From: an uncultured delta proteobacterium
GTDB lineage: Bacteria; Desulfobacterota; Binatia; UBA9968
Direction: 5' to 3'
Assembly (NCBI GenBank): GCA_963771465.1
Contig: CAVYTU010000012.1
Coordinates: forward strand, 32,001-96,000
Length of the DNA stretch: 64,000 nucleotides
Position 1 is the first letter of the stretch; every line of letters starts with the position of its first letter. A program made the position numbers and the translations under genes. Positions 1 through 10,723 of the stretch are shown one piece after another. The notes under the pieces are model-generated. The model was not told the origin of the DNA. It saw nothing but the letters and a program-made list of their open reading frames with translations, and did not search any database.

Positions 1-1762
1 AAGATGCCTTTAGCGGTTTCGAGCAGATATTCAAAAGCCGGATCGCCGACGCTGATGAATTTTATGAACGGATCACGCCGCGTGCGCTGAGTGAAGATGA
101 ACGCCGGGTGCACCGCCAGGCGCTGGCGGGAATGCTCTGGAGCAAACAGTTTTACTACTTCGACCTGGATCAATGGCTGGTGCAACACAAGAGTCATCCG
201 CTCATGGAATCCGCCCGGCACGGCATACGGAACACGGAATGGTTTCACATGCTCAACGCCGACGTGATCTCGATGCCGGACAAGTGGGAGTACCCCTGGT
301 ATGCGGCCTGGGACCTGGCTTTTCATACGATTTCCCTGTCACTGGTGGATTTCGATTTCGCCAAGGAGCAACTGCTGCTGATGCTGCGCAATCTCTACGC
401 CCACCCCAACGGACAGATTCCCGCCTACGAGTGGAACTTCAGCGATGTAAATCCGCCGGTGCATGCCTGGGCCACGCTGTACCTCTACAAGATGGAGCGA
501 ACCCTCGGCAGGTCGGACCTGCGTTTTCTCGAGCGAGCGTTTCAAGGATTAATGCTGAACTTCAACTGGTGGGTGAACCGTAAGGACCCGGCTGGGCGCA
601 ACGTTTTTGCCGGCGGGTTTCTCGGTCTCGACAATATTGGCGTATTCGACCGCAGTGCCCAGCTTCCCACGGGCGGCTCTCTGGAGCAGGCGGACGGCAC
701 TGCCTGGATGGCGTTTTACTGCCAGAACATGCTGGAGATGGCACTCATTCTGAGCGAATACGATCCGATGTACGAAGAGATCGCCTACAAGTTCGTCGAG
801 CATTTCCTGTGGATCTCCTACGCGATGGACCGCATCGGCGACCATCACGACGAGATGTGGGATGAACAAGACGGATTCTTTTATGATCTGCTGCGGCTGC
901 CCGACGGCCAGGCCAAGCGTTTGAAAGTGCGGTCGCTGGTGGGATTGCTGCCGCTGTGCGCGTCCACGGTGTTCGAGGCCAACGCCGCGGAGCGTTACCC
1001 GAAGCTGATGGAGTTGATCGCCCTGTTCCGCAAACGCCATCCCAAGGTCGTGTCCCATTTGGCCCCCACCGGCGAGGGATTCATCGGCTACAAGGACCGG
1101 CGTCTGCTATCGATCCTCAATAAGCAGAAGCTCGAGCGCGTGCTGGCCTACATGCTCGACGAGAACGAGTTTCTCGGGCCCCACGGTATTCGCTCTCTGT
1201 CGCGCTATCACCTGGAACATCCGTTTGTGTTTCACGTCGGTAGTGAAGGAGTACAAGGTCCAGTACCTGCCGGGTGAATCGAACACCGGAATGTTCGGCG
1301 GCAACTCCAACTGGCGCGGTCCCGTATGGATGCCTATCAATGGGCTACTGATCCGCGCGCTCATGAACCTCTATTACTTCTACGGCGATGAATTCAAGAT
1401 TCAGTGTCCGACCGGTTCGGGGCGGTACATGACGTTGTTCGAGGTGGCCCAAGAAATCTCGCGCCGGCTGGCGAGCACTTTCCTGCGCGAGTCAAACGGA
1501 CGGCGGCCGGTTTACGGCGGAACCGCCAAGTTCCAGGACGATCCGCATTGGCGCGATCTGATCCTCTTTTATGAATACTTCCACGGTGACAACGGAGCGG
1601 GGCTCGGCGCCAGCCATCAGACGGGGTGGACCGGTTTGATCGCGCGTCCTTCTCGACCTGTTCGGGCGGGTCGACGCTAAAGATGTGGAGAAGGAAATGG
1701 GGCGAGTAGCCGCCCAGGTCGTGAGGGACCAGGTGGGCGGGGAAGCGATGGGCGGAAAGTAA
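1..1762 (+). CDS. GH63/MGH1-like glycoside hydrolase (glucosidase), 5' end outside window, frameshifted
   Basis: ORFs 108-1277 and 1225-1680 join into one protein with [45 protein letters not shown] and [21 protein letters not shown]; paralog of 23639-26371; probable true stop at 1760-1762 after a further indel. Confidence 0.9.
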
Positions 1763-1902
1763 GGAGGAGCAATGCGCGATGTGAAATCCCGCCCTATTTC
1801 AGATCGACATCGATGCTCATCGTTCAGAACTATTTGAAAACTCATGTCCAGGCGAAGCCTGGGAGCAAAACGTAATTCATAGCCAGTATAGAAGTTGCCG
1901 AA

Positions 1903-2301
1903 ATGAATATGAATTGCTCCAACAGAGTGACGCTCGGTGTTCTCTTGCTGAGCCTTCTTACACTTCATGGCTGTGAGGACCTGGTTATACGCGACCCGTC
2001 GAGCCTGCTCATCCCCAAGTTTCAACGGTCTGAGATCCTTGGCTTTGTGGCAGGATTTGGAACGACCTTTGCCGCCGTACCAGACTTACTCGCAATGCTC
2101 AAGCGGCGGTCAAGCGCGGGGATGAACCCGAGGATGGCGGGCATCATCGGCGTCTTTCAAATCGCCTGGGTCTACTACGGCTTGTTGATCGCTTCGCGGC
2201 CGGTGATTGTATGGAACATGATCGGGGTGGTGATCAATTTCGTGAGCGTCGGAGTGTACCTATATTTCGCCCGCCAAAGAAAGGCAGTAACACTTGAGTA
2301 A
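1903..2301 (+). CDS. SemiSWEET/PQ-loop-like small membrane protein with N-terminal lipoprotein-like signal
   Basis: Three hydrophobic segments with SemiSWEET pattern (G..AG..TTFA..P(D)L....K.RS..G; W..YG; P.I.WN); N-terminal LLTLHGC lipobox-like motif. Confidence 0.7.
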   Translation: MNMNCSNRVTLGVLLLSLLTLHGCEDLVIRDPSSLLIPKFQRSEILGFVAGFGTTFAAVPDLLAMLKRRSSAGMNPRMAGIIGVFQIAWVYYGLLIASRPVIVWNMIGVVINFVSVGVYLYFARQRKAVTLE

Positions 2302-2384
2302 AAGTGCCCGCCCGGCGACGTTATCTACTCGTTCTTCCCCGGGCAGGTCTGGGAACGAGTAGCAAATCTTTGAGGAATACCATC

Positions 2385-3910
2385 GTGCCATTATCACCCT
2401 ATCCTTCGCTTTACCAAATCAACACTCGTGTCTGGCTCACAGAGCTATCTCACGCTCTAGGCCGACCGGCGACGCTGGATGATATCCCCGACTCCGAGTT
2501 GGACCGATGGCCGAGTTGGGTTTCGACTGGGTGTGGTTCTTGAGCGTCTGGCAGACCGGTCCTGCTGCGCAAGCGATCTCGCGAGCGAATCCCGGTTGGC
2601 GTCATGAGTTCGCCGAAACGCTGCCGGATCTCAAAGAAGAAGACATCGGCGGCTCGGGGTTCGCGATCCAAAATTACACCGTCCATCGCGATCTGGGCGG
2701 CGACTGCGGCGCTTGCCCGTTTGCGACAACGGCTGCAACGACGCGGACTGAAACTGATGCTCGACTTTGTCCCGAACCACATGGCCCCGGATCACCCGTG
2801 GAGCGATGAGCACCCGGACTACTTTGTCCATGGCAGTGAGAGTGACCTGGAGCGCGCCCCGCAAAACTTTTGCCGCCTACAGACAAAAAATGGCTCGCTG
2901 GTGCTCGCCTACGGTCGAGATCCGTACTTCGAAGGCTGGCCCGACACGCTGCAGCTTAACTACGGCAACCCGCACTTGCAGCAGGCGATGATCGGCGAGT
3001 TGGAGAGAATCGCCGGGCAATGCGACGGCGTGCGCTGCGATATGGCCATGCTGATCATGCCGGACGTGTTTGAACGCACTTGGGGCATCCGCGCCGAGCT
3101 CTTCTGGCCCAAGGCCACCGAGTCCGCGCGGCGACAGCATCCGAACTTCCTCTTCATGGCTGAAGTCTACTGGGGCATGGAATGGACGATGCTGGAACAG
3201 GGATTCGATTACGCTTACGACAAACGGCTGTACGATCGCCTGCGCGAAGGTCATGCGCGGTCGGTGCGCGAGCATTTTCATGCTGGGCTCGATTACCAGA
3301 ACAAGCTGGCTCGCTTTTTGGAAAACCACGACGAGCCGCGGGCGGCTGCGGCATTCTCTCCGGACGTACATGAGGCTGCGGCGGTCATTACATTTCTATC
3401 TCCGGGGCTGCGCTTCTTTCACCAGGGACAATTCGACGGTCGCAAGAAACGCATCTCGCCGCATCTGATTCGCGGGCCAGAGGAGCCGGTCGACCAGAAG
3501 CTTAAAGCAATTCTACGACCGGCTCCTTGCCGTGTTGCGCGCATCCGGTCGTCCGCAACGGCCAGTGGCAATCGCTCGAATGCGTCCCAGCCTGGGAAGG
3601 CAACTGGACTTGGGATTGTTTTCTAGCTTTTGCCTGGCAAGCCGGTAGTGGCGAGCGGCTGCTGGTGACGGTGAATTACGCGCCCAATCAGAGCCAGTGT
3701 TACGTGCGGTTGCCGTTTGCAGACCTCGGCGACGGCCAATGGCGGCTCGAGGACTTGATCGGTGAGGCCACGTACGATCGCCAGGGCGATGATTTGCAAG
3801 CGCGGGGACTGTACCTGGATGAGCCTCCCTGGCAAGCGCATGTTTTTTCGCTGACGAAAAACATGAGAGTAAGCACGAAATTCGAAACACTTCTAAATAA
3901 GCAAAAATAA
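2385..3910 (+). CDS. GH13 alpha-amylase family protein (frameshifted)
   Basis: ORF pieces give YPSLYQINTRVW, LMLDFVPNH, DGVRCDMAM, FMAEVYW and FLENHDEPR (GH13 conserved regions I-IV); at least three indels. Confidence 0.88.
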
Positions 3911-3998
3911 AAACACGGGCCGCAAGCAAACTTGGTTCGGATTTGGATTTTAGAATTTCTGGGATTTTAAATTTTTTTGGATTGTTCCGAATTGCGAA
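3871..3998. repeat. Degenerate AT-rich heptamer inverted repeat (REP-like)
   Basis: AAGCACGAAATTCGAAAC... followed by complementary-type units TTCGGATTTGGATTTTAGAATTT...TTCCGAATTGCG; related units at 13230-13295. Confidence 0.45.
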
Positions 3999-4030
3999 GC
4001 CTTTACCATGAGGAAGTTCTTCTGACTAAC

Positions 4031-4125
4031 TTGAATGAGACGATCAACTTCGATAAGCCTACGGACTTCTCGCTCGTCGTAGGTGGGCCGCTGTGCCAGC
4101 TTTTGCGCCGGTTGCATCTGAGCGC
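4031..4125 (+). pseudogene. 5' remnant of a conserved hypothetical membrane protein
   Basis: Encodes NETINFDKPTDFSLVVGGPLCQLLRRLHLS after a GAGGA RBS; I recall DFSL.LGGP.FQL.RR as the N-terminus of a widespread hypothetical family; similarity stops abruptly. Confidence 0.35.
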
Positions 4126-4190
4126 GCTTCAACAGGAAATAGATTCTTCGGAATTTTGAAAAGGCGAACCGAAAGTACAGGAGGCAATAA

Positions 4191-5612
4191 ATGAAGAGCG
4201 AAGCTAAGCAATTGCACGCAGTTGGCAAGCGTGGTCGCGGCAACGCGCCCAGCGAAGCACCGTATCGTTCTCAGGCCGAGCGCCGGGGCGAAGGCAAGGC
4301 GCTGCGCGACACCGTGCCCCGCGCGGAGCATAGTGGATGGAAGCCGCCCAAGGATCGTCCTGATCCGGTCGACATGGTGCTTGCCCAAAACGAGGGCAGG
4401 CTGCTCGACCTCGTGCCGATTCGCCACGGTCGGATGTCACAGTCGGCCTTCGCCTTCTATCGCGGCACCGCCGCAATCATGGCTGCCGACCTGGCTCACA
4501 CGCCAAGCTCCGGCCTCAGGGTGCAGGCCTGCGGCGACGCCCACCTCTCGAACTTCGGCGCGTTTGCCACGCCTGAGCGCAGCGTGATCTTCGATATCAA
4601 TGACCTGGATGAAACGCTTCCCGCTCCATGGGAATGGGACGTCAAGCGTTTGACCGCCAGCGTGGTGCTGGCCGGGCGTCACATCCAGCTCAAGCAAAGC
4701 GAGTCGGCGCGCGCCGCCCGCGCCGCGGTGCGCTCATACCGGGAACACATGACAGAGTATTCCTTCATGAACGCGCTGGACATCTGGTACGACCAGATCG
4801 ACCTCAGGCGGCTGATCGATACGGTGGGAAACGAAGAGGATCGCGCGCGCATAGAGAAGAAAGTCGAGAAGGCGCGCGGGCGCTCTGTTGCCGCGCACGA
4901 TTTCCCAAAGCTCGCCGAGCACGTTGGCTCGACGCCGCGCATCAAAGATAACCCCCCGCTGATCTTCCATTCCGAGATGACGGGAGACGTGGGTAGCGAG
5001 GAACTCAAGGCAGCATGGGCGCTTTACCACGATTCCCTGCCCGAGCACGTCCGCGTGCTTTTCGACCGCTTTCATCTGTGCGACATGGCGGTGAAGGTCG
5101 TTGGTGTGGGCAGCGTCGGTACGGCGTGCCTGATCGCGCTCTTCATGGCTGCGGACGACGACCCGCTGTTTCTGCAGATCAAGCAGGCGAACGCGTCGGT
5201 GCTCGAACCCTATGCCGGGAAGAGTCTGCACGGCAGCCACGGTCAGCGCGTCGTCGTTGGCCAGCGCCTGATGCAGTCGGCGAGCGACAGCTTCCTGGGG
5301 TGGACCCAGTCACATCGAGGGCGCCACTTCTACGTGCGGCAACTCCGCGACGTGAAGATTTCGGTGGACATTGACGGCATGGACGATGACATATTGCGGC
5401 GATACGCGGAAGCGTGCGGGTGGGCGCTGGCCCGAGCGCACGCGCGCTCGGGCGACGCCGCCATGATCGCGAGCTACATGGGTTCGAGCCGCACCTTTGA
5501 CGAGGCGATCTGCGACTTTGCCGGCGATTATGCCGACCAGGCCGAGTGCGATCACCAGGCGTTCGTGAAAGCGATCAGAGACGGACGCGTCAAAGCGGTC
5601 GTTGAATCCTAG
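4191..5612 (+). CDS. DUF2252 family protein (kinase-like fold)
   Basis: FAFYRG.AAIMAADL, CGDAHLSNFG, FDINDLDE, KVVGVGSVGT, LARAHARSGD; strong RBS CAGGAGG. Confidence 0.92.
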   Translation: MKSEAKQLHAVGKRGRGNAPSEAPYRSQAERRGEGKALRDTVPRAEHSGWKPPKDRPDPVDMVLAQNEGRLLDLVPIRHGRMSQSAFAFYRGTAAIMAADLAHTPSSGLRVQACGDAHLSNFGAFATPERSVIFDINDLDETLPAPWEWDVKRLTASVVLAGRHIQLKQSESARAARAAVRSYREHMTEYSFMNALDIWYDQIDLRRLIDTVGNEEDRARIEKKVEKARGRSVAAHDFPKLAEHVGSTPRIKDNPPLIFHSEMTGDVGSEELKAAWALYHDSLPEHVRVLFDRFHLCDMAVKVVGVGSVGTACLIALFMAADDDPLFLQIKQANASVLEPYAGKSLHGSHGQRVVVGQRLMQSASDSFLGWTQSHRGRHFYVRQLRDVKISVDIDGMDDDILRRYAEACGWALARAHARSGDAAMIASYMGSSRTFDEAICDFAGDYADQAECDHQAFVKAIRDGRVKAVVES

Positions 5613-6044
5613 GCCGCGTCAACGATCACGAGGAGCTCCTGCGCGTGATCATGGCGCGGCAGTAGGAAGTGGCGAGTGAACGTCGTGAGATCGAATTGGT
5701 GAAGTGACTGAGCAAATCAACAACTAAAAGGAGACAACCATCGCTCCCGCGCCGATCCCGCCTGCGGCGATTCTGAGTTTTCTCCATGCCGGCTATCCGG
5801 TCGATGTGGTGCTGCGGCTCGCCGTTCATGCCGTCAAAGGCATTCATAGCCGCTACGGCTAGGGTGCACGCGCGCGCGAGGCCGATCCGGAGTTTTTTCC
5901 GCTTGTCGAGAAGCTGCGCAACGTTCAGCAATCCGGACAAATTAGCCTGCGGGTGAAAAAAACCTCCGGCCAGACCGCGTCCTTAATGGTATTCAGTAAT
6001 AAGCCAAACCCGGCGATAGAGGCGGAGCGCGACGAGAGTACGCA

Positions 6045-6260
6045 AACTCCTAGGTCTCGATCCTCAGACCAACGAGTTCAGCGTGGTCTACGGCTCGGTG
6101 GCTGATAATGACAAAGAGATTGCCCTGCTTACCCGTTCCGTGCTCGAATTCCTGGTGGACCTTCCTCCTACATTGATGTTCCGGCCGCCAACGTGGAGCA
6201 AAATCGCGCGTTTTCCTTCGCCTGCGCCGGAGTTTGTCAACGGTGCTGCGGCGCAAGCCA
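6045..6260 (+). pseudogene. Internal remnant of a conserved hypothetical (lipo)protein
   Basis: LLGLDPQTNEFSVVYGSVADNDKEIALLTRSVLEFLVDL, then (shifted) SYIDVPAANVEQNR; protein-like, but no plausible start or full ORF. Confidence 0.35.
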
Positions 6261-6544
6261 TCAGACGGGATGGACGGGCCAAGTCGCGCCCCTCTGCTCG
6301 ACCTGTGTGCGCGCGTCGACGCTAAACGTGCTGGAGACCGAACGCGGGCTGGTTTTGAATAAACTCGTGACCGAGCAAGTCGGTGGTGAAAAACAACGGA
6401 ACAAGACTCGGCTGTCGACAGTTAGTTAGGACACGGCCTCGGCGCCGGTTCGGCCCTGGCGCGCGTGGAATAGTTGCTTCAAACATCGGGCATTAAGAAT
6501 AGTCCCGCGGCTACAACCGCTCGGGCATCCAAACCGCCATTGCC

Positions 6545-6562
6545 ATTGGACTAAAGTCCAAT
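6545..6562. promoter_or_regulatory. Palindromic operator copy 1 (ATTGGAC-TAAA-GTCCAAT)
   Basis: Perfect 7-4-7 inverted repeat upstream of the mlaC-like gene; recurs at 27202 and 28878. Confidence 0.75.
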
Positions 6563-6635
6563 ATCAATCCCCCTGGTGCTTTGATAGGGGTCAATCATCT
6601 ATTCAGCCCAACAGCGCCTAACACGGAGGTGTTTT

Positions 6636-7250
6636 ATGCTAGCCCACGCAATGATGTCATGTACGCGGAGATACTTAAATCTTGGATCAATCGCGCTGGT
6701 GCTGGTGCTGTTTGTGCCCAATGCTCAGGCCCAGGGCCCGAAAGAGCAACTTCAAGGTACTATCGATAGCGTCATGAAAGTTCTCCTGACGATTCAAAGC
6801 CGGAACGATATTGAAAGAAACAGGGAACCGCTGCGAAAGTTACTTGTGGCTCGCTTTGATTATGCGGCGATGGCAAGGCAGTCGCTCGGGAATCGCTGGG
6901 TGGATCTGAAGGGTCAGGAAAAAGAATTTGTCGCGGTGTTCGCCGAGTTTCTGCAAAATTCATACATGAGCACACTCGGCTCATTTCGAGGTGAAAAAGT
7001 AGTTTACGACCGCGACCAGATAGATGGAGAATCTGCGGAAGTGGATACTCGAGTTGTTGGCGGCGAAGGGGCTCCGATCAGGATCGGCTACAAGCTCCAT
7101 CTCACGACTGGGCAGTGGATGGTCTACGACGCGATTATCGACGACGTTAGCGTGGTTGGCAACTATCGATCTCAGTTCGCAAGAATTCTTCGCACGGCCT
7201 CGTTGGACGAACTAATGCAAAGCATGCGGGCAAAGGCATCCGGCGGTTAG
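6636..7250 (+). CDS. MlaC/Ttg2D (HpnM-like) periplasmic lipid-binding protein
   Basis: Signal peptide; FDYAAMARQSLGNRW, W.VYD.II.DVS.V.NYRSQF motifs. Confidence 0.88.
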   Translation: MLAHAMMSCTRRYLNLGSIALVLVLFVPNAQAQGPKEQLQGTIDSVMKVLLTIQSRNDIERNREPLRKLLVARFDYAAMARQSLGNRWVDLKGQEKEFVAVFAEFLQNSYMSTLGSFRGEKVVYDRDQIDGESAEVDTRVVGGEGAPIRIGYKLHLTTGQWMVYDAIIDDVSVVGNYRSQFARILRTASLDELMQSMRAKASGG

Positions 7251-7347
7251 TCGAAAGTGGTCTGGCGCATAGAGAGCAGCGGGTCGCGAATGCCATCAGC
7301 TTGAGCGCTCAAACACGGTGACGAAAATCTCAGAAGGGGATGAGACC

Positions 7348-8091
7348 ATGATACCTTTATCTAAACGGCTTGTAGCAGAATTCATTGGAACCCTTTGGTT
7401 GGTGCTCGGGGGCTGCGGAAGCGCAGTATTGGCAGCGGCGTTTCCCAACTTAGGGATCGGCTTTCACGGAGTCGCTCTTGCTTTCGGCCTTACTGTCCTA
7501 ACGATGGCATACGCGGTCGGTCACGTCTCCGGTTGTCATCTCAACCCTGCAGTTTCGGTTGGCTTATGGGCGGGCAAGCGCTTTCCGCCTTCCGATCTGG
7601 CCCCCTACATCATCGCACAAGTCCTCGGCGCGATTGCGGGTGCCTTTGTAATCTATCTCATCGCGACAGGCAAAGCCGGGTTTGATGTCGTTCAAAGCGG
7701 ATTTGCTGCCAACGGCTATGAAGCACATTCCCCAGGTGGGTATTCGCTTGTTGCCGCCCTCGTTTGCGAGATTGTGACGACGTATATGTTTCTTCTTGTC
7801 ATCTTGGGCGCCACGCACGGACGCGCGCCAGTTGGCTTTGCCGGTATCGCCATTGGTCTCGCATTGACCCTCATCCATTTGATCAGCATCCCCGTAACCA
7901 ACACCTCGGTCAATCCGGCCAGAAGCACGGGTCCAGCGATCTTTGTCGGAGGTTGGGCGCTTTCCCAACTCTGGCTCTTTTGGCTGGCGCCAATCATCGG
8001 TGCCCTTCTCGCAGGATGGACCTCCGTGTGGCTCGGCGAAGAATCTGTAGCGAGCAAAATCCCAGTGGTTGGCGACCGACCGACGAAGTGA
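7348..8091 (+). CDS. aqpZ: Aquaporin Z
   Basis: [24 protein letters not shown] and TSVNPARS (two NPA motifs), FAANGY..HSPGGYS. Confidence 0.95.
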   Translation: MIPLSKRLVAEFIGTLWLVLGGCGSAVLAAAFPNLGIGFHGVALAFGLTVLTMAYAVGHVSGCHLNPAVSVGLWAGKRFPPSDLAPYIIAQVLGAIAGAFVIYLIATGKAGFDVVQSGFAANGYEAHSPGGYSLVAALVCEIVTTYMFLLVILGATHGRAPVGFAGIAIGLALTLIHLISIPVTNTSVNPARSTGPAIFVGGWALSQLWLFWLAPIIGALLAGWTSVWLGEESVASKIPVVGDRPTK

Positions 8092-8231
8092 CTATCAACA
8101 GAAATGACGCCCTCGTCCTAGCTCTGATGCGGGATGATCGATGTACTGGTTATCGCGGATCGATGGATGACTGAGTAGCGCATGTCGTAGTTCTTCTGGG
8201 CACGTGGAAGTACAAAAAAAGGAGCAGCCAC

Positions 8232-9155
8232 ATGATAAAAACAATCCTACTTCTGATCATTTGCCTGCAGGCCTCAGTGGCTTCGGCGTTTACCATCGCG
8301 ACCGGGCCGAGCGACGGAAGTTATTCTCAGATCGCGCAGGACATCAAGAGCGTGGCGGGGAAGGAAAACATCGATATTCAAGTGATGCCCACTAAGGGTT
8401 CCCTCGAAAATATCCAGCTCCTCGGTACCGGCAAAGTGGACATGGCGATCGTTCAGCTGGACGCTCTACGGTTTGTCTCCGACGTACTCAAACAACAGCA
8501 GAATTTGGATCTTTTCGACAGTATCAAGGTTGTATTGAATCTTTACCCCGAAGAAATACATGTGCTCAGCAACAAGAGCGACATCCAGACTTTCTATCAG
8601 CTCGAAGGGAAGCGCGTGTCGGTGGGTACCGAGGGGGGCGGCACCGCGATTACCGCCGCGGTGCTCTTGGCCATCTATGATATCAAGGCGACGGTTTCTT
8701 TCGACACCTTCGACGATGCCATGAAAAAGCTGGAGCAAGGCGGTCTCGATGCCGTGATGTTTGTCGGCGGGGCGCCGGTCCCCTTTATCGGCAAGTTGGA
8801 CGGTAAAGTTCATTTTGTCCGTCTGCCGGCCAACCCGGCACTCGAGCAATTCTACGCACGAACGAGCCTGGGGAAATCTCAATATCCTTGGTCTGCAACC
8901 GAGACCGAAACCTATGCCGTGCCGGCGTCGATTATGGGGTTAGACAAGAAAAATGAAAACGAGGCGGCCCAAATGCAAAAGCTGGTTCTGGCCATCCTAA
9001 ACTCGGCCGATCAGCTTAGAGCCAACGGCCATCCCAAGTGGAAAAGCTCGATCATCCAAAGCTATTTTCCGTACCGCGGTTACGAGCCGACCAATCAAGT
9101 TATCCAGACGTTCAATTTTCTCGACAGCCGGGGATACAAAATAGTAAAGAAGTAA
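8232..9155 (+). CDS. TAXI family TRAP solute-binding receptor
   Basis: Signal peptide; IATG..DGSY, TKGSLENI.LL, LYPEEIH, L.GKRVSVG..GGGT. Confidence 0.85.
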   Translation: MIKTILLLIICLQASVASAFTIATGPSDGSYSQIAQDIKSVAGKENIDIQVMPTKGSLENIQLLGTGKVDMAIVQLDALRFVSDVLKQQQNLDLFDSIKVVLNLYPEEIHVLSNKSDIQTFYQLEGKRVSVGTEGGGTAITAAVLLAIYDIKATVSFDTFDDAMKKLEQGGLDAVMFVGGAPVPFIGKLDGKVHFVRLPANPALEQFYARTSLGKSQYPWSATETETYAVPASIMGLDKKNENEAAQMQKLVLAILNSADQLRANGHPKWKSSIIQSYFPYRGYEPTNQVIQTFNFLDSRGYKIVKK

Positions 9156-9404
9156 AAGCGTGCATGAGTTTTTCCGCAACCTGCGATAGATTCGAAGTTA
9201 GCGCTCAAGAGCGGAGGCGTCGCCCGTATTACTTTCGTTTACAAACTCTGCGACTGTTCGCCGGAGCGCTGGCCCGCTATCGGGGAGTGCGGCAAAGTCC
9301 GACATGGAAGAAAGTCGAGGCGTTCTGGGATAAATTTCTAGGCGGTGAGATCTGGTATAGACGGTTCTTCGGCGCGCGGTAATCTATCCTGCTCGGAGGA
9401 GCCT

Positions 9405-10709
9405 ATGCGAACAAGAACATCTTTGATCTTTCTCGTGGGTGCCGTGCTTGGGGCGGCGGTGGCCAGCCGGCGATTGCTCTCATTGGTGGGAGCCATCACA
9501 GAACGGCCACTGTGGGGCTATGGCGCCTCGCTAAGACGCCCGCAGGTTGCACCCGAGGATCTCCTTAGACGGCGCAGCACGGCCGATGAGCTGTCCGAAG
9601 CAGCCCGCGAGTTGTTCGGCCGCCTGGTTGAACGCATCAAGGCCAAGTACGACCAGGACGCCGCCAGCGGGCGGAAAGAACCACCGTTGGTCGATATTCT
9701 GATCATCTCAGGTGGGGGCGACTGGGGAGCTTTCGGCGCGGGATTTCTCAAAGGTTGGCAGAAGGTGCCAGTCGTCTCATCCGCTGGCCAAGCCGGAATT
9801 CGACGCCGTGACTGGCGTAAGCACGGGAACGCTGATCGCCCCGTTCGCATTTTTGGGCGACGAGCAGTCGATCGAACAGATCGTAAACATGTATCGCAAC
9901 CCGAAGAAGGATTGGGTGAAGCAGCGCGGATATCTTTATTTCTTGCCGGACAACATTTCGTTCGCCGAGGTGCCTGGACTGGAGCGCGAGATACGCGACG
10001 CACATCACCGTGGACATGCTTGCGCCGGATCGCGAAGGCGGGCGCTGACGGCCGCATTTTGTTAGTCAACACGACCGAGCTTGACGTAGGACAGCCGCGG
10101 GTGTTCGACCTGGTGGCGGAAGCGCAGCGGGTTGCCGATTCGGCAGACCCTGAGCGCGTTCACAACATTATACTCGCCTCGGCGGGGATTCCCGGCGCGT
10201 TTCCGTTCCGCATGATCGACGGAGAACTCTACGTCGACGGTGGGGTGACGGGAAACATCATCTACGGCGGTAGAATAGCGGAAGAGGACAACCTGCCGGC
10301 CCTATGGCAGAAAGCTTATCCGAACCACCGCGGTCCTAAGTTTCGCTTCTGGGTGATTTTCAACAACCAGTTCCGTCCGGTGCCTAAACCGGTGGCGCCT
10401 AACTGGCGGGCAGTCATTCAACGCAGCCTGGAGACATCCACGCGCGCGGCTACGGCGACCGCGGTGCGGCATCTCTTCGCGATGGCCGAGATCTCACGGC
10501 TCAAGCGGAAGGCCGATGTGGAGGTGCGTATCGTGTCAATTCCCGACGACTGGATTCCACCCGCACCGACACCTTTCCATAAAGAGACCATGAACAATCT
10601 CGCGGATCTCGGCGAAAAGATGGGCGCCGACCCGGCGAGCTGGAGCAGCGAGCCGCGCGAATCTTCCACTGCGCAGCACGTTAGCGAAGCTGGAACGAAA
10701 CCATCCTGA
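9405..10709 (+). CDS. Patatin-like phospholipase (internal compensating frameshifts)
   Basis: ISGGGDWGAFGAG glycine loop; TGVSTG nucleophile motif in the alternative frame (ORF 9712-10065); ASAGIPGAFP and YVDGG. Confidence 0.88.
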   Translation: MRTRTSLIFLVGAVLGAAVASRRLLSLVGAITERPLWGYGASLRRPQVAPEDLLRRRSTADELSEAARELFGRLVERIKAKYDQDAASGRKEPPLVDILIISGGGDWGAFGAGFLKGWQKVPVVSSAGQAGIRRRDWRKHGNADRPVRIFGRRAVDRTDRKHVSQPEEGLGEAARISLFLAGQHFVRRGAWTGARDTRRTSPWTCLRRIAKAGADGRILLVNTTELDVGQPRVFDLVAEAQRVADSADPERVHNIILASAGIPGAFPFRMIDGELYVDGGVTGNIIYGGRIAEEDNLPALWQKAYPNHRGPKFRFWVIFNNQFRPVPKPVAPNWRAVIQRSLETSTRAATATAVRHLFAMAEISRLKRKADVEVRIVSIPDDWIPPAPTPFHKETMNNLADLGEKMGADPASWSSEPRESSTAQHVSEAGTKPS

Positions 10710-10723
10710 CGAAGCCCGTTGCG

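Noticed and set aside
9285-9305. Fourth copy of the palindrome (CAAAGTCCGA)
   Set aside because: Only a partial right half-site with no left arm.
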